A DNA stretch of 48,055 nucleotides from an uncultured Clostridia bacterium (GCA_947632135.1 CANRNZ010000002.1:1-48055), one strand, 5' to 3'. Positions 24,803 to 34,443 are shown, counted from the stretch's first letter. Notes: a model not told the origin generated them from the letters alone. A program made the numbers and translations.

Positions 24803-26800
24803 TCAAACGTCGGCTTCGTCGGCGTAAAGGCTGCCGTAGGTGAAGATAAACTCTTTTCTCGCCGCGAGGTTCTCGCCGAGGAGGGTGTCGAATATTCTCT
24901 CCGTCGCCTCGGCGTCCGCCTTTGAGACGCGAACGAGACGTCTTGTCTCGGGGTTCATCGTAGTCTGCCACATCATCTCGGGCTCGTTTTCACCGAGTCC
25001 CTTTGAGCGCTGAATGGAGTACTTTTTGTTTCCGATTTTCTCGAGTATATCGCTCTTTTCCTTCTCGTCGTAGGCAAAAAATATATCGTCCTTACATGTT
25101 ATTTCATAGAGCGGGGTTTCCGCGATATATATTTTCCCCGCGGCAATAAGGGTGGGAAGGAGTCTGTAGAACATCGTGAGAAGAAGAGTTCGTATCTGAA
25201 AGCCGTCCTCGTCGGCGTCGGTGCAGATGATTATTTTCGACCACCTGAGCGCGTCAAGGTCAAACGGCGGCATATCGCCCTTTACCTTTTTTTGGCTTAT
25301 CTCGACCCCGCAGCCGATTACGCGCAGAAGGTCAAGTATTATATCGTTTTTGAATATCTTGTCGTATGAGGATTTAAGACAGTTGAGAGTTTTTCCGCGC
25401 ACGGGGATTATCGCCTGAAATTCGGCGTTTCGCCCGAGCTTGCAGCTCCCCATTGCGGAATCGCCCTCGACTATATAGAGCTCGCGGCGGGTCACGTCTT
25501 TTGTTCGGCAGGCTACAAATTTTTCGACCCTGCCCGTTATGTCGTTTGACATCGCGAGCGCTTTTTTTACGTCTATTCTCGTGTGCTCCGCCTTTTCGCG
25601 GGAGCGCTTGTTTATAAGAACCTGATTTAAAAATCTCTCGCCGTCGGCGGGATTTTCGATAAAGAAGAACTCGAGCTGTTCTCTGAAAAACGCCGTCATC
25701 GCGTCGGCGATAAACGTGTTGGTTATCGCCTTTTTCGTCTGATTGGCGTATGACGTTTCGGTGGAAAAGCTGTTTGAGATAAAGACGAGACAGTCCTCAA
25801 CGTCGCAGAATTTTATCTTGGACTCGTTTTTTGTGTATTTTCCGACTGCCCTGAGCCTCTTGTCTACTCCGTAAACGAAGGCCTTTTTTACCGCGTCGTC
25901 GGGGGAGCCGCCGTGTTCGAGGAAGCTCGAATTGTGAAAATATCTGAGAGCGCTGACCTTTGACGAGGCGCACCATACAAACTCTCCCTTGAGCTTGTAC
26001 TCCGCCATGTCCTCCCTGTCCTTTCCCGACGTTTCCATTGTCCAGTACACGGGCGAGGTGAGCGCGTCCTCTCCGACGATTTCCTTTATATAATCCCTTA
26101 TTCCGTTCTCGTAGTAGTAGCTTTCGGTGTCAAAGACCCCGTCTTCGCGCTCGAAGTTCAGAATAAACTTTATTCCCGCGTTGGCGGCGCTCTGAGTTCT
26201 TAAAACCTCCCTGTAATAGGATTCGGGTATCGCGGTGTCGGTAAACACCTCAAGGTCGGGCTTCCAGCGCTGGATTGTTCCGTGCTTTAAATCCTTTTTT
26301 TCGGCGGGGCGAGTGATAAATTCACCCGACGGCTCGCCCTTTTTGAAATTCATTTCCGAGACGACGCCGCCGCTTGACGACGTCACCCTGAAATATTCGG
26401 AGCTGCACTGCGTGGCGCAGGCGCCGAGACCGTTCAGCCCGAGCGAGTACGCATACGCGGAGTCGTCATCGTTGTTGGAATATTTTCCGCCGGCGTACAG
26501 CTCGCAGTAGATAAGCTCCCAGTTGTACCTGCCCTCGCTCTCGTTGTATCCGAGGGGAACTCCGCGCCCGTGGTCCTCAATTTGAATCGAGCCGTCAAGG
26601 AACACGGTGGTCACTATCTCGTCGCCGTAGCCCTCCCTCGCCTCGTCAACGGAGTTTGAGAGTATTTCAAAATACGAGTGCTCACACCCCTCGAGCCCGT
26701 CCGAGCCGAAGATTACCGCGGGGCGGAGCCTGACTCTTTCCGCTCCTTTCAGGAGCACGATGGAGCGGTCGTCGTACATCGGCGTTTTGTTTTTTGCCAT
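24803..26800 (-). CDS. Type IIA topoisomerase B subunit (ParE/GyrB-like), no adjacent A subunit
   Basis: 665 aa. GHKL ATPase motifs EILSNSVDEA and GLNGLG, QTK loop NQTKKAI, and Toprim motifs EGDSA and DADEDG are present. Confidence 0.85.
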   Translation of the reverse strand: MAKNKTPMYDDRSIVLLKGAERVRLRPAVIFGSDGLEGCEHSYFEILSNSVDEAREGYGDEIVTTVFLDGSIQIEDHGRGVPLGYNESEGRYNWELIYCELYAGGKYSNNDDDSAYAYSLGLNGLGACATQCSSEYFRVTSSSGGVVSEMNFKKGEPSGEFITRPAEKKDLKHGTIQRWKPDLEVFTDTAIPESYYREVLRTQSAANAGIKFILNFEREDGVFDTESYYYENGIRDYIKEIVGEDALTSPVYWTMETSGKDREDMAEYKLKGEFVWCASSKVSALRYFHNSSFLEHGGSPDDAVKKAFVYGVDKRLRAVGKYTKNESKIKFCDVEDCLVFISNSFSTETSYANQTKKAITNTFIADAMTAFFREQLEFFFIENPADGERFLNQVLINKRSREKAEHTRIDVKKALAMSNDITGRVEKFVACRTKDVTRRELYIVEGDSAMGSCKLGRNAEFQAIIPVRGKTLNCLKSSYDKIFKNDIILDLLRVIGCGVEISQKKVKGDMPPFDLDALRWSKIIICTDADEDGFQIRTLLLTMFYRLLPTLIAAGKIYIAETPLYEITCKDDIFFAYDEKEKSDILEKIGNKKYSIQRSKGLGENEPEMMWQTTMNPETRRLVRVSKADAEATERIFDTLLGENLAARKEFIFTYGSLYADEADV

Positions 26801-26897
26801 ACTTTGCTTTTCCTCGCTTTACTCAGAGCTTTTCTCCGTTTGGAAGTTTTAAGGTTTTAAGATTAAAAAATTAAACGAAAGGTGAGTTCTCACGCGC

Positions 26898-27581
26898 TTA
26901 TCTCAGCGCCTGCTCGCCATAGGAGTGCCCGTCGAGGGAAACGAGAAAATTCGTCTTGTATACGGAGTTTTCTCCCTCTCCGACATAGACCTCAAAATTG
27001 TAACAGTACGAGTCGATATTCATAACGAGCCCGACATACTCAACTCTGTATGGCCTTCCCTCCCCGTCCTTCTCGCCGTTTTTCTCGCAGAAGAGCTTTG
27101 AGGCTTCGGAAACGTTCGCATTGTTTTCCTCGAGAGACGTGTATATCGTGGCGTTTGTCGACACGTAATATGTAAGCTTTTCGGGCTCCCCGCCCTCCTC
27201 GGCGGGCTCTTTTTCGGCGGTGAATATATAGTACTCAGTTCCGTTTGACTGCGCCGTCATATCGGAGCCCGCGTCAACAGTTACGGTCTCCTTTTCTTCC
27301 TCGGTAAAGGAATCGAGGAGAAGGCTCCTTGCCTCCTTTTCGGTATAACGGACAGTCTCGTCCGAAGCGTCGGAGGATTCGGCGCCGTCCGGAAAATCGT
27401 CCGCGACGTTTTCCTCGTTTCGTTGCTCCTCCTCGGTCTCTGCCGCGTCTTGCTGCGGCGCCTCGTATTTTCTTATAATGTCGCACGAGGAGAGAAAAAG
27501 GCATAAAAGGACAGTCAAAACGACAGGCAGAAGAATTCTTTTCGTTTTACAATTACAGTTAGAATTACAGTTACAGCTCAT
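26898..27581 (-). CDS. Hypothetical lipoprotein
   Basis: 227 aa. The signal peptide ends in lipobox LSSC and is followed by an acidic low-complexity region. The N-terminal MSCNCNSNCNC is encoded by a TGTAAY 6-bp repeat. I recognise no family. Confidence 0.6.
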   Translation of the reverse strand: MSCNCNSNCNCKTKRILLPVVLTVLLCLFLSSCDIIRKYEAPQQDAAETEEEQRNEENVADDFPDGAESSDASDETVRYTEKEARSLLLDSFTEEEKETVTVDAGSDMTAQSNGTEYYIFTAEKEPAEEGGEPEKLTYYVSTNATIYTSLEENNANVSEASKLFCEKNGEKDGEGRPYRVEYVGLVMNIDSYCYNFEVYVGEGENSVYKTNFLVSLDGHSYGEQALR

Positions 27582-27702
27582 TTTAAAATTTGTCTCCTTA
27601 ATTTTCAGCTAAAGATTATTTTGACGTTTTTTATTTAAAAAACGGGTTTTAGTGCAAAAGACATATATAGGATACCACCACTCGAGCGTTTTGTCAAACG
27701 GT

Positions 27703-28950
27703 TCAGCTTGCGCCGAGTCCAGTTCTGAAGCGGCGGAAGCCCGCCTCGCTGCAAAGAGTGTCCATATTATACAGTATAATGACCTTATTTATTCCCTCGT
27801 CGCGGCAGAGATTTATAAGAGAGCCCGTGTAATATCTGAGGTCAATTAGGACAACGTCGTAATTTTTTGCGATAAACGGCGCGACGCTGTGGGCAAAGCT
27901 GTCTTTTACGACGAGTATCTTCTCTCTTTTCTCGCCGCCCTTCGACGTTATATCGACCCGCGCCGCATTCCCGCCGATAAACGCCGAGTATTTGTCCTTT
28001 GTGTCGAGAGCCTCTCGCTTGTATAGCCCGCTAAAGGACTCGCCGCCGTAAACCGACGTTGTAAGCATGTCGTCTCCGTCGTATCTGAAGAACTCAATCG
28101 TGTCGGGAGACGTCCACACTGTGCCGGCGCTCGACCACGTCGTGCCGTAAAAGGAGTCGCTTGCAGTCTCTTTTCTGAAATCATTTTCCGAAACGGCAGG
28201 GAGAAATGACGCCTCGGCTATCTCGTTGTACGCGTACATCGCGCCGAGAGTCGTCCAGTGGTGGTCTGTTCTGTAGTAGACGTATTCGCCGTTTTCATAG
28301 TGAGCCCTCAAGGGGGAGACAAGGTCGACGTATTCGACCCCGTGGCTGAGGCATATTTCGTCAAGAGCTTCAAGCTGACTGTCGGACGCCTCGCTGCCGT
28401 ATGTTCTCGGGAGAGACGAGGTCATAACGTCCATCGTCCTTCCCGCAAAGGCGCACGTGACCGATATACCGTCCGAGCTTGCCGCCTTTGCAAATTTCGA
28501 CACGCAGTCTATATTTGTATCGAGCGTTTCAAGGTCTATCGAGTCAAACCTTGAAATGAGCTGTCCGCCGCGCGCCGTTATTACTCCGTTGTTCTGACCC
28601 TTCAGCATCGCGCACTCCGACGCCGCTTTCACGCCGACAAAAAAATCTCTCGCGGGAAACTGATCCGCCATGTATTTTGCAAATTCCTCGGTGAATTTGC
28701 CGCTTGAAAGAGTTTGAAGAGAAAACTCGGGGAAGGTCTGGAGAGCGCGGTTTTCGTTCTCCGAGGACTCCCTGTCGGGAAGGAGCCAAAACAGAGCCGC
28801 GAATACGAATATAAACGCGAAAAACGACGCCGCAAGGGAAATATTCACAAAGCGGCACTTTTTTGCAAGAGAGTGCTCGAGCGCAAGATGCGCGCTTTGT
28901 TCTTCGTCTGCCGAAATATGTGAATGATTGTCTTTTTTCAGTGCTTTCAT
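27703..28950 (-). CDS. DHHW family protein (AlgJ/AlgX/DltD-like extracytoplasmic O-acyltransferase partner)
   Basis: 415 aa with an N-terminal TM anchor and the diagnostic motif YYRTDHHWT. Confidence 0.8.
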   Translation of the reverse strand: MKALKKDNHSHISADEEQSAHLALEHSLAKKCRFVNISLAASFFAFIFVFAALFWLLPDRESSENENRALQTFPEFSLQTLSSGKFTEEFAKYMADQFPARDFFVGVKAASECAMLKGQNNGVITARGGQLISRFDSIDLETLDTNIDCVSKFAKAASSDGISVTCAFAGRTMDVMTSSLPRTYGSEASDSQLEALDEICLSHGVEYVDLVSPLRAHYENGEYVYYRTDHHWTTLGAMYAYNEIAEASFLPAVSENDFRKETASDSFYGTTWSSAGTVWTSPDTIEFFRYDGDDMLTTSVYGGESFSGLYKREALDTKDKYSAFIGGNAARVDITSKGGEKREKILVVKDSFAHSVAPFIAKNYDVVLIDLRYYTGSLINLCRDEGINKVIILYNMDTLCSEAGFRRFRTGLGAS

Positions 28951-29024
28951 TTATTTTACCTGTATTTTACCTGCTCGGCTGTTTTGCCGCTTATCCGATA
29001 ATTCTTTTGTCCGTCCGACCGCCG

Positions 29025-30413
29025 TCAGAATCTGAAATACAGAAACGGGTTGTACGATGAGTCCACAAGATACGCCGTGCAGACTACAAGGACAATCACC
29101 GACAGCGCGGCGAAAACCCATCTTGCGGCGGCGTACTTTTCCCAAAGCCTGTAGTAAATTCTTCTCGGATACGGGGTCGACGAAACGATAAGGATACAGA
29201 GCAGAACGATGCTCGATATAAAGTCAAAGTTTACGGCGGCGCTCGTCAGCTGCGACGCGCCGAACATCGTCGAGAGATATGATATGCCCTCCGCCATATT
29301 GTCAAAGGCGAACAGCCACCAACAGAAGAATATAAGAATCAGCGTGTAGACGCGGGCGACAAGCGCCGGCGCTTTTTCAAGCTTTTTCAGAAGAAAGGCC
29401 TTTTCGATTACAAGAATTACAAAGAAGTACAGACCCCAAATTATGAAATTCCACGACGCTCCGTGCCAGAGCCCTGTGAGGAACCATACGACGAATAAAT
29501 TGAAGTATGTACGCGCCTTTCCCTTTCTGTTTCCGCCGAGCGGTATATACACATACTCGCGGAACCATGTGCCGAGGGAAATATGCCATCTGCGCCAGAA
29601 CTCTGTCACGCTCTTTGACATGTACGGGTAGTAGAAATTTTCCCGAAAGGTAAAGCCCATCATTTTTCCGAGCCCGATTGCCATATCGGAGTAGCCCGAA
29701 AAATCAAAGTATATCTGAAAAGAAAAGAAAAGTATCCCGAGCCACGAGCCGAGAACTGTCCCGCTTGAGCCGAAGGAATCCCAAAGAGCGCCCGCGGGAT
29801 TTGCGAGCAGGACCTTTTTCGCAAGACCGCATATAAAGGTGCGTATTCCCGACGAGAGCATCACTATATTGTGCTCACGGCGCCTCAGCTGTTCGTCGAC
29901 GTCCCTGTACCTTACAATAGGCCCCGCGATAAGCTGAGGGAAAAGGGTCACGTAGGCGCCGAAGGAGACGGGATTTTTTTGAACGCTCGCGTCCTCTCTG
30001 TAGACGTCGATGACGTATGAGAGCGCCTGGAAAGTGTAAAAGGATATGCCTATCGGCAAAGACAGGCCGAGAGGCTTTATATTCACAAACGGAAGCGCGC
30101 TCAGGTTTTCCGCGATAAAATCGTAGTACTTGAAAAAGCCGAGAAGCGCGAGGTTTATGACTATAGCCGCTATCATAAAGCCCCTCGCCTTTTTCCTTGA
30201 CGTCCCCTTGAATTTGTCGACAAGATACCCGCAGACGTAGTCTATGAGTATTGTCCCTATCATAAGAAAGACGTATACGGGCTCGCCCCAGCCGTAGAAC
30301 AAAAGGCTGACGGCAAGGAGAACGGCGTTTCTCAGCTTCAGCGGGACGGTGAAATATATAAGAACGGATACCGCAAAAAAGAGAAACAGAAATTCGAGAG
30401 ATGAAAAAACCAT
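29025..30413 (-). CDS. MBOAT family membrane O-acyltransferase (AlgI/DltB-like)
   Basis: Polytopic protein with MBOAT His regions WRRWHISLGTWFREYVYIPLGG and GLWHGASWNF. ATG 30413 is preceded by GGAGGA. The track start 30470 is an upstream extension. Confidence 0.85.
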   Translation of the reverse strand: MVFSSLEFLFLFFAVSVLIYFTVPLKLRNAVLLAVSLLFYGWGEPVYVFLMIGTILIDYVCGYLVDKFKGTSRKKARGFMIAAIVINLALLGFFKYYDFIAENLSALPFVNIKPLGLSLPIGISFYTFQALSYVIDVYREDASVQKNPVSFGAYVTLFPQLIAGPIVRYRDVDEQLRRREHNIVMLSSGIRTFICGLAKKVLLANPAGALWDSFGSSGTVLGSWLGILFFSFQIYFDFSGYSDMAIGLGKMMGFTFRENFYYPYMSKSVTEFWRRWHISLGTWFREYVYIPLGGNRKGKARTYFNLFVVWFLTGLWHGASWNFIIWGLYFFVILVIEKAFLLKKLEKAPALVARVYTLILIFFCWWLFAFDNMAEGISYLSTMFGASQLTSAAVNFDFISSIVLLCILIVSSTPYPRRIYYRLWEKYAAARWVFAALSVIVLVVCTAYLVDSSYNPFLYFRF

Positions 30414-30482
30414 TGATTCCTCCGTGGCGTGTCTTGCAGCAATAAAATGTCCCGAGACGCCGTCGGGCACGAAAATTTTTAT

Positions 30483-30785
30483 TTATAAGTTTTTGTTTTC
30501 GTTGTTTTCGTTGTTTTCGGCGTCGCGCGGCGCCTCGGCGGCCTTTGCACCGTCTGCGCTCGACGCAGGACCTGACGCGGGAGTCGATGCGGAATTCGGC
30601 AGAGGAATTTTTTCCGTATCCGACGTTTTGATTCTGCCGTGCACGCGCTCGTGATACGAGATGTTTGTCCGCGCGAGGTGCAGAATGTGATTGTTCAGAC
30701 TCCTGCCCTCAAACTCGGCGACGTACATAAGCTTTTTATAGACCTCGGGGTCAAGTCTGACCTCAAAAACTGCTTTGTTTTTCAT
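30483..30785 (-). CDS. Ribbon-helix-helix (Arc/CopG-like) DNA-binding protein with a disordered tail
   Basis: 100 aa. The N-terminus VFEVRLDPEVYKKLMYVAEFEGRSLNNHILHLART fits a beta-strand plus two helices. The tail is Ala/Ser/Pro-rich and ends ENNENNENKNL, encoded by a 9-bp repeat. Confidence 0.55.
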   Translation of the reverse strand: MKNKAVFEVRLDPEVYKKLMYVAEFEGRSLNNHILHLARTNISYHERVHGRIKTSDTEKIPLPNSASTPASGPASSADGAKAAEAPRDAENNENNENKNL

Positions 30786-30828
30786 TTACAGCCGTTTCCC
30801 CCTTTTTTCTTTTTTTCTTTTTTCGTTT

Positions 30829-31842
30829 TTATACGCTTCGGGATTTTTCGTTTTGTCCTTTTTCCCGTTTTTTCGACGGTCGGTGAAAGGATATCCTGAT
30901 TTGTTTTGACGGGCGCGAGAGTATAAAGATTGTCGCGATAATGGCGGCGATTCCCGCAAAATCGGGAATAACAAGTCTTGTGCCCATGGCAAGAGTGTAC
31001 AGCGTTGAGACGACAGGCTCGATGCTCGCGATTGTCCCCGCCTTTACGGAACCGATGTCGCTGACGCCCTGAGCGTATATCGTATATCCTATCGCGGTGC
31101 CGACGACTGTGACGGCGCACCATGCGAGAATGCCCTTAAAGTCAAGGGAGACGTCGTAGGTCCACGGACGCGCTATAAAAAGCTCGACGATGCCGCCCGC
31201 GAGCATTCCGATTCCCGACACCGTCACGCTGCCGTAGCGCGGCGCGACGTTTACGGGAAGAATCGAATAGAACACCATACCGAGCGCCGCAAGAAGCCCG
31301 AAAAGCAGAGCCTCCTTTGAGATTGCAAGCTCCGTTGGGTTCCCGTGCGTCGCAAGCAGGAAAACGCCGATAACCGCGAGCGCTATGGATATTGCCTCGG
31401 TAACTGTCGGCAGCTTCAGATTTTTTACGCAGACGAATATAACTATGAGAATCGGGCCGAGGTACTGAAGAACCGTAGCGGTAGCGGAATTGGACGCTTT
31501 TGTCGCCTTTAAAAAGGCGAACTGCGCCATCATAAGACCCGCCGTACCGTACATGAAAACGGTAAGAAGGTCCCGCGGCTTTTTGAAAAGCTCCCTTGCG
31601 GCGCCTCGGTTCTTTATCAATCCTATAACCGTAAGTATAGCCCCCGAGGCGAGTATCCTCGTTGAGGCGAGCCATTCGGCGGGAACTCCCCGTATGTTCA
31701 TAAGATATTGACCGCAGGCGCTCGATGTTGCCCAAAAGACCGCGCTCAGCACAACGAGTACAGTGCCGCGTATCATTGTCCTTCTCACTATCTTACGGGC
31801 AAGGCGCTCCTGAATGTGCATAGTGTTAATGTTGTTTGCCAT
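30829..31842 (-). CDS. EamA/DMT superfamily transporter
   Basis: 337 aa with about 10 hydrophobic helices arranged as two similar halves and a basic C-terminal tail. Confidence 0.7.
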   Translation of the reverse strand: MANNINTMHIQERLARKIVRRTMIRGTVLVVLSAVFWATSSACGQYLMNIRGVPAEWLASTRILASGAILTVIGLIKNRGAARELFKKPRDLLTVFMYGTAGLMMAQFAFLKATKASNSATATVLQYLGPILIVIFVCVKNLKLPTVTEAISIALAVIGVFLLATHGNPTELAISKEALLFGLLAALGMVFYSILPVNVAPRYGSVTVSGIGMLAGGIVELFIARPWTYDVSLDFKGILAWCAVTVVGTAIGYTIYAQGVSDIGSVKAGTIASIEPVVSTLYTLAMGTRLVIPDFAGIAAIIATIFILSRPSKQIRISFHRPSKKREKGQNEKSRSV

Positions 31843-31885
31843 TTGTTCCCCTGAAAGACTCGGAACTTTATTTCCGTATACTTTT

Positions 31886-31909
31886 ATATTTTAATATTTT
31901 AATATTTTA
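31886..31909. repeat. 8-bp tandem repeat ATATTTTA x3 upstream of the EamA gene
   Basis: Read directly. Confidence 0.9.
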
Positions 31910-31995
31910 AAGGTTTTGCGTTTTATGTATTAAAAATTAACCGATTTCTTTCCGCCCCGTAAAGTATTCATGCGGTAAGCGAGGCGCCTTTTTTG

Positions 31996-32910
31996 TCAAA
32001 GGACGAAAAGCTTTATTGGTTTCAGCGCCGAGCCGTCGGCGAATTTCTGCTCCCTTGCGAGGGCTATAAACTCCCCTTTGTGTCTTATCCGGACCGTCGC
32101 GCCGTCGGGAAACGAGGTGTTCAGCTTTGACTGGTAAAGCTCCGTTCCGCCTTTTACGAGCTTTGCGTAAAAGTCGTTTACGTCAATCGACGCAAGCTCC
32201 TCAAACAGGCTCTCCACCGGACGAACAAGCCGAAGGCGCTCTGCGAAGTCCATTTTTTCTATCTCCTCGACAGTCACCGCGTCGCAAAGCTCAAAGCGCC
32301 CCGACCTTGTCCTGCAAAGGCTCTCCATTACGGCGCCGCAGCCGAGCTCCTTTCCGATATCGGCGCAGAGAGTTCTTATGTACGTACCCTTCGAGCAGGA
32401 TACGTCAAGCCTGTATAAATCATCCGATATTTTTTCCGCGTCTGCCGAATAAACCGTGACCTTTCTCGGCGCGCGCTCGACCTCCTTTTTCTCCCTCGCA
32501 AGGTCGCACAGCTTTCTTCCGCCTACCTTTATCGCGCTGTACATAGGAGGCGTCTGATAAATTTCCCCGACAAATTTCCCGACGGCGGACATGACCTCCC
32601 TCTCGTCGGGAAGCGCGCCGCAGCGCTCCAGCACCTCGCCGGTTATATCCTCCGTGTCGGTCGTGACGCCGAGTCTCATCTCGGCGGTATATCTCTTGTC
32701 CTCGCAGAGAAGAAAGTCGGCGGCTTTGACGGCGCGCCCGAAAAGCACGGGAAGCACTCCTGTCGCAAGCGGGTCAAGAGTTCCCGTGTGCCCTATCGCG
32801 CTCATATCGTAAAGGCGGCGCAGGGACGACACTATTTTGTGAGAGGTGACGCCCGAGTGTTTATTTATAACAAGCACCCCCGTTACGGTAGAGGGCTTTT
32901 TTTTGCTCAC
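31996..32910 (-). CDS. truB: tRNA pseudouridine(55) synthase
   Basis: 304 aa with GHTGTLDPLATGVLPV (catalytic Asp) and a PUA-like C-terminus. The GTG start overlaps the nrnA stop (GTGA). Confidence 0.9.
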   Translation of the reverse strand: MSKKKPSTVTGVLVINKHSGVTSHKIVSSLRRLYDMSAIGHTGTLDPLATGVLPVLFGRAVKAADFLLCEDKRYTAEMRLGVTTDTEDITGEVLERCGALPDEREVMSAVGKFVGEIYQTPPMYSAIKVGGRKLCDLAREKKEVERAPRKVTVYSADAEKISDDLYRLDVSCSKGTYIRTLCADIGKELGCGAVMESLCRTRSGRFELCDAVTVEEIEKMDFAERLRLVRPVESLFEELASIDVNDFYAKLVKGGTELYQSKLNTSFPDGATVRIRHKGEFIALAREQKFADGSALKPIKLFVL

Positions 32911-34001
32911 TGAAATACTCCTTTGTCTTTATTTTTAATAAGATATTCTCTGACGGCGGAAAAAAACTCGCGCGCCGCATAAAGCGCCGCGTCGGCGCCG
33001 CACTCGCATGACATCTCGCCGCCGGCGGCTCTAACGTGCCCGCCTCCCGAAAAGCTGTCGCGGCACACATTTGCAACGTTTATATCGCAGTTCGCTCTTA
33101 CGGACACCCTGTATTTCGAGCCGTCGTCCTTACTTTGCTTCAGCGCGACGGCGACAAGGACTCCTTTTATCTTTCTCGGAACGTCGACCGCCGCGGACGT
33201 GTCGCCGTCGGATATGCCGTTTTTTTCCATGATTTCTCTCGTAAGAGTGCAAACCGCAATCGTCCCGTTTTCAAAAAATCTGACGTTTTCGGTAAGAAGC
33301 GCGCGGGCTTTCATTTCGTTGTAGCTCACGCAGTCGTGAAGATATCTCGATATTTCGTCCGTTTTCATGCCGCCGTCACACGATGAATTTATCTCTCGGC
33401 AGAGCTTTGAGGCGACAAGAAAGGTGTCGGGCGTTGTATTGCTGTATTTAAAGCTGCCCGTATCCCCCGACAGCGCGGCGTAGAGATACCTTGCGATATT
33501 CGGGCTTTGTGGTATTTTATTTCTTTCTTTTAAAATTTCGTATATTTTAAAAATTATCTCGCCTGCCGCGGCGGCGGAGGGCTCTGTCAGGTTGTCGGCA
33601 AAAGGCTCTCCCGAACCGTGGTGGTCGACGGACATGGCGATTTTACCGACGAGAAACGAGAGCGAGCCGAGCTGCGAGGGCGAGGCGACGTCAACGGATA
33701 TCGGACTTGAATATTTCTCCTCGTCCCCCTCGGCGTACTCAAAGCTCTCGCCCGAGGTGATAAAGTCGAGATACTCGCCCGGCGCCGAGTCGCACACTAT
33801 CTTCGATTTTTTATTCAGAAGCGAAAAAATCTCACGCAGCGCCATTGCCGAACCGACCGTATCGCTGTCGGGATTTTTGTGGCATATTATAAGGACGCTC
33901 TCTGCCTTTTCGATAAAATCACAGACTTCCTCCGCCGTGATTTTTTTGTAAGGAGCTTTATTTAAATTATTTGAATTATTTAAATTATTTATCTGATTCA
34001 T
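32907..34001 (-). CDS. nrnA: DHH/DHHA1 phosphoesterase (NrnA-like oligoribonuclease/pAp phosphatase)
   Basis: DHH motifs HKNPDSDTVGS and VDHH, and DHHA1 motif GGGH. The start is uncertain: ATG 34001 or GTG 34016. The N-terminus NQINNLNNSNNLNK is encoded by a tandem repeat. Confidence 0.8.
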   Translation of the reverse strand: MNQINNLNNSNNLNKAPYKKITAEEVCDFIEKAESVLIICHKNPDSDTVGSAMALREIFSLLNKKSKIVCDSAPGEYLDFITSGESFEYAEGDEEKYSSPISVDVASPSQLGSLSFLVGKIAMSVDHHGSGEPFADNLTEPSAAAAGEIIFKIYEILKERNKIPQSPNIARYLYAALSGDTGSFKYSNTTPDTFLVASKLCREINSSCDGGMKTDEISRYLHDCVSYNEMKARALLTENVRFFENGTIAVCTLTREIMEKNGISDGDTSAAVDVPRKIKGVLVAVALKQSKDDGSKYRVSVRANCDINVANVCRDSFSGGGHVRAAGGEMSCECGADAALYAAREFFSAVREYLIKNKDKGVFQ

Positions 34002-34377
34002 CTGCCAAGCTCTCACCGTCGTCCGACGCGTCCTCTTTTGTAATATTCAAGCCGTTCAGTATACTCGCTATCTTCACCCCGTGCTCGGCCGAGTCGTCAT
34101 ATATAAACGTTATCTCGGGCGTTATTCTGAGGTTCAGCTCCTTTGCAAGGCGGCATCGAACAAAGCCCGCGGCGGAGGTGAGCCCGCGCTTTAGCTCGGG
34201 GTCTTCTCCGGTAATAGCGGAATAGTATACCTTTGCATATTTGAGGTCGGGTGAAACGTCGGCGGCGTTTATTGTTATAAGAGAGCCCGAAACGCGCGGG
34301 TCCTTTATATCGCGCACTATCTGCGATATCTCCGACGCCACTTGCTCGTTTATTCTGTCCTGTCTGTATTTCGACAT
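33985..34377 (-). CDS. rbfA: Ribosome-binding factor A
   Basis: 130 aa. RINEQVASEISQIVRDIKDPRV and AKVYYS are typical RbfA KH-like core motifs. It has an acidic C-terminal tail. Confidence 0.88.
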   Translation of the reverse strand: MSKYRQDRINEQVASEISQIVRDIKDPRVSGSLITINAADVSPDLKYAKVYYSAITGEDPELKRGLTSAAGFVRCRLAKELNLRITPEITFIYDDSAEHGVKIASILNGLNITKEDASDDGESLADESDK

Positions 34378-34395
34378 AAATACGCCTTTCTCTCA

Positions 34396-34443
34396 ATATA
34401 TAAAAAATATAAAGAATATAAAAAAGATTAAAAAGATTAAAAA
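34396..34443. repeat. 9-bp tandem repeats (ATATAAAAA / AGATTAAAA), about 5 copies, upstream of rbfA
   Basis: Read directly: atataaaaa atataaaga atataaaaa agattaaaa agattaaaa. Confidence 0.9.
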
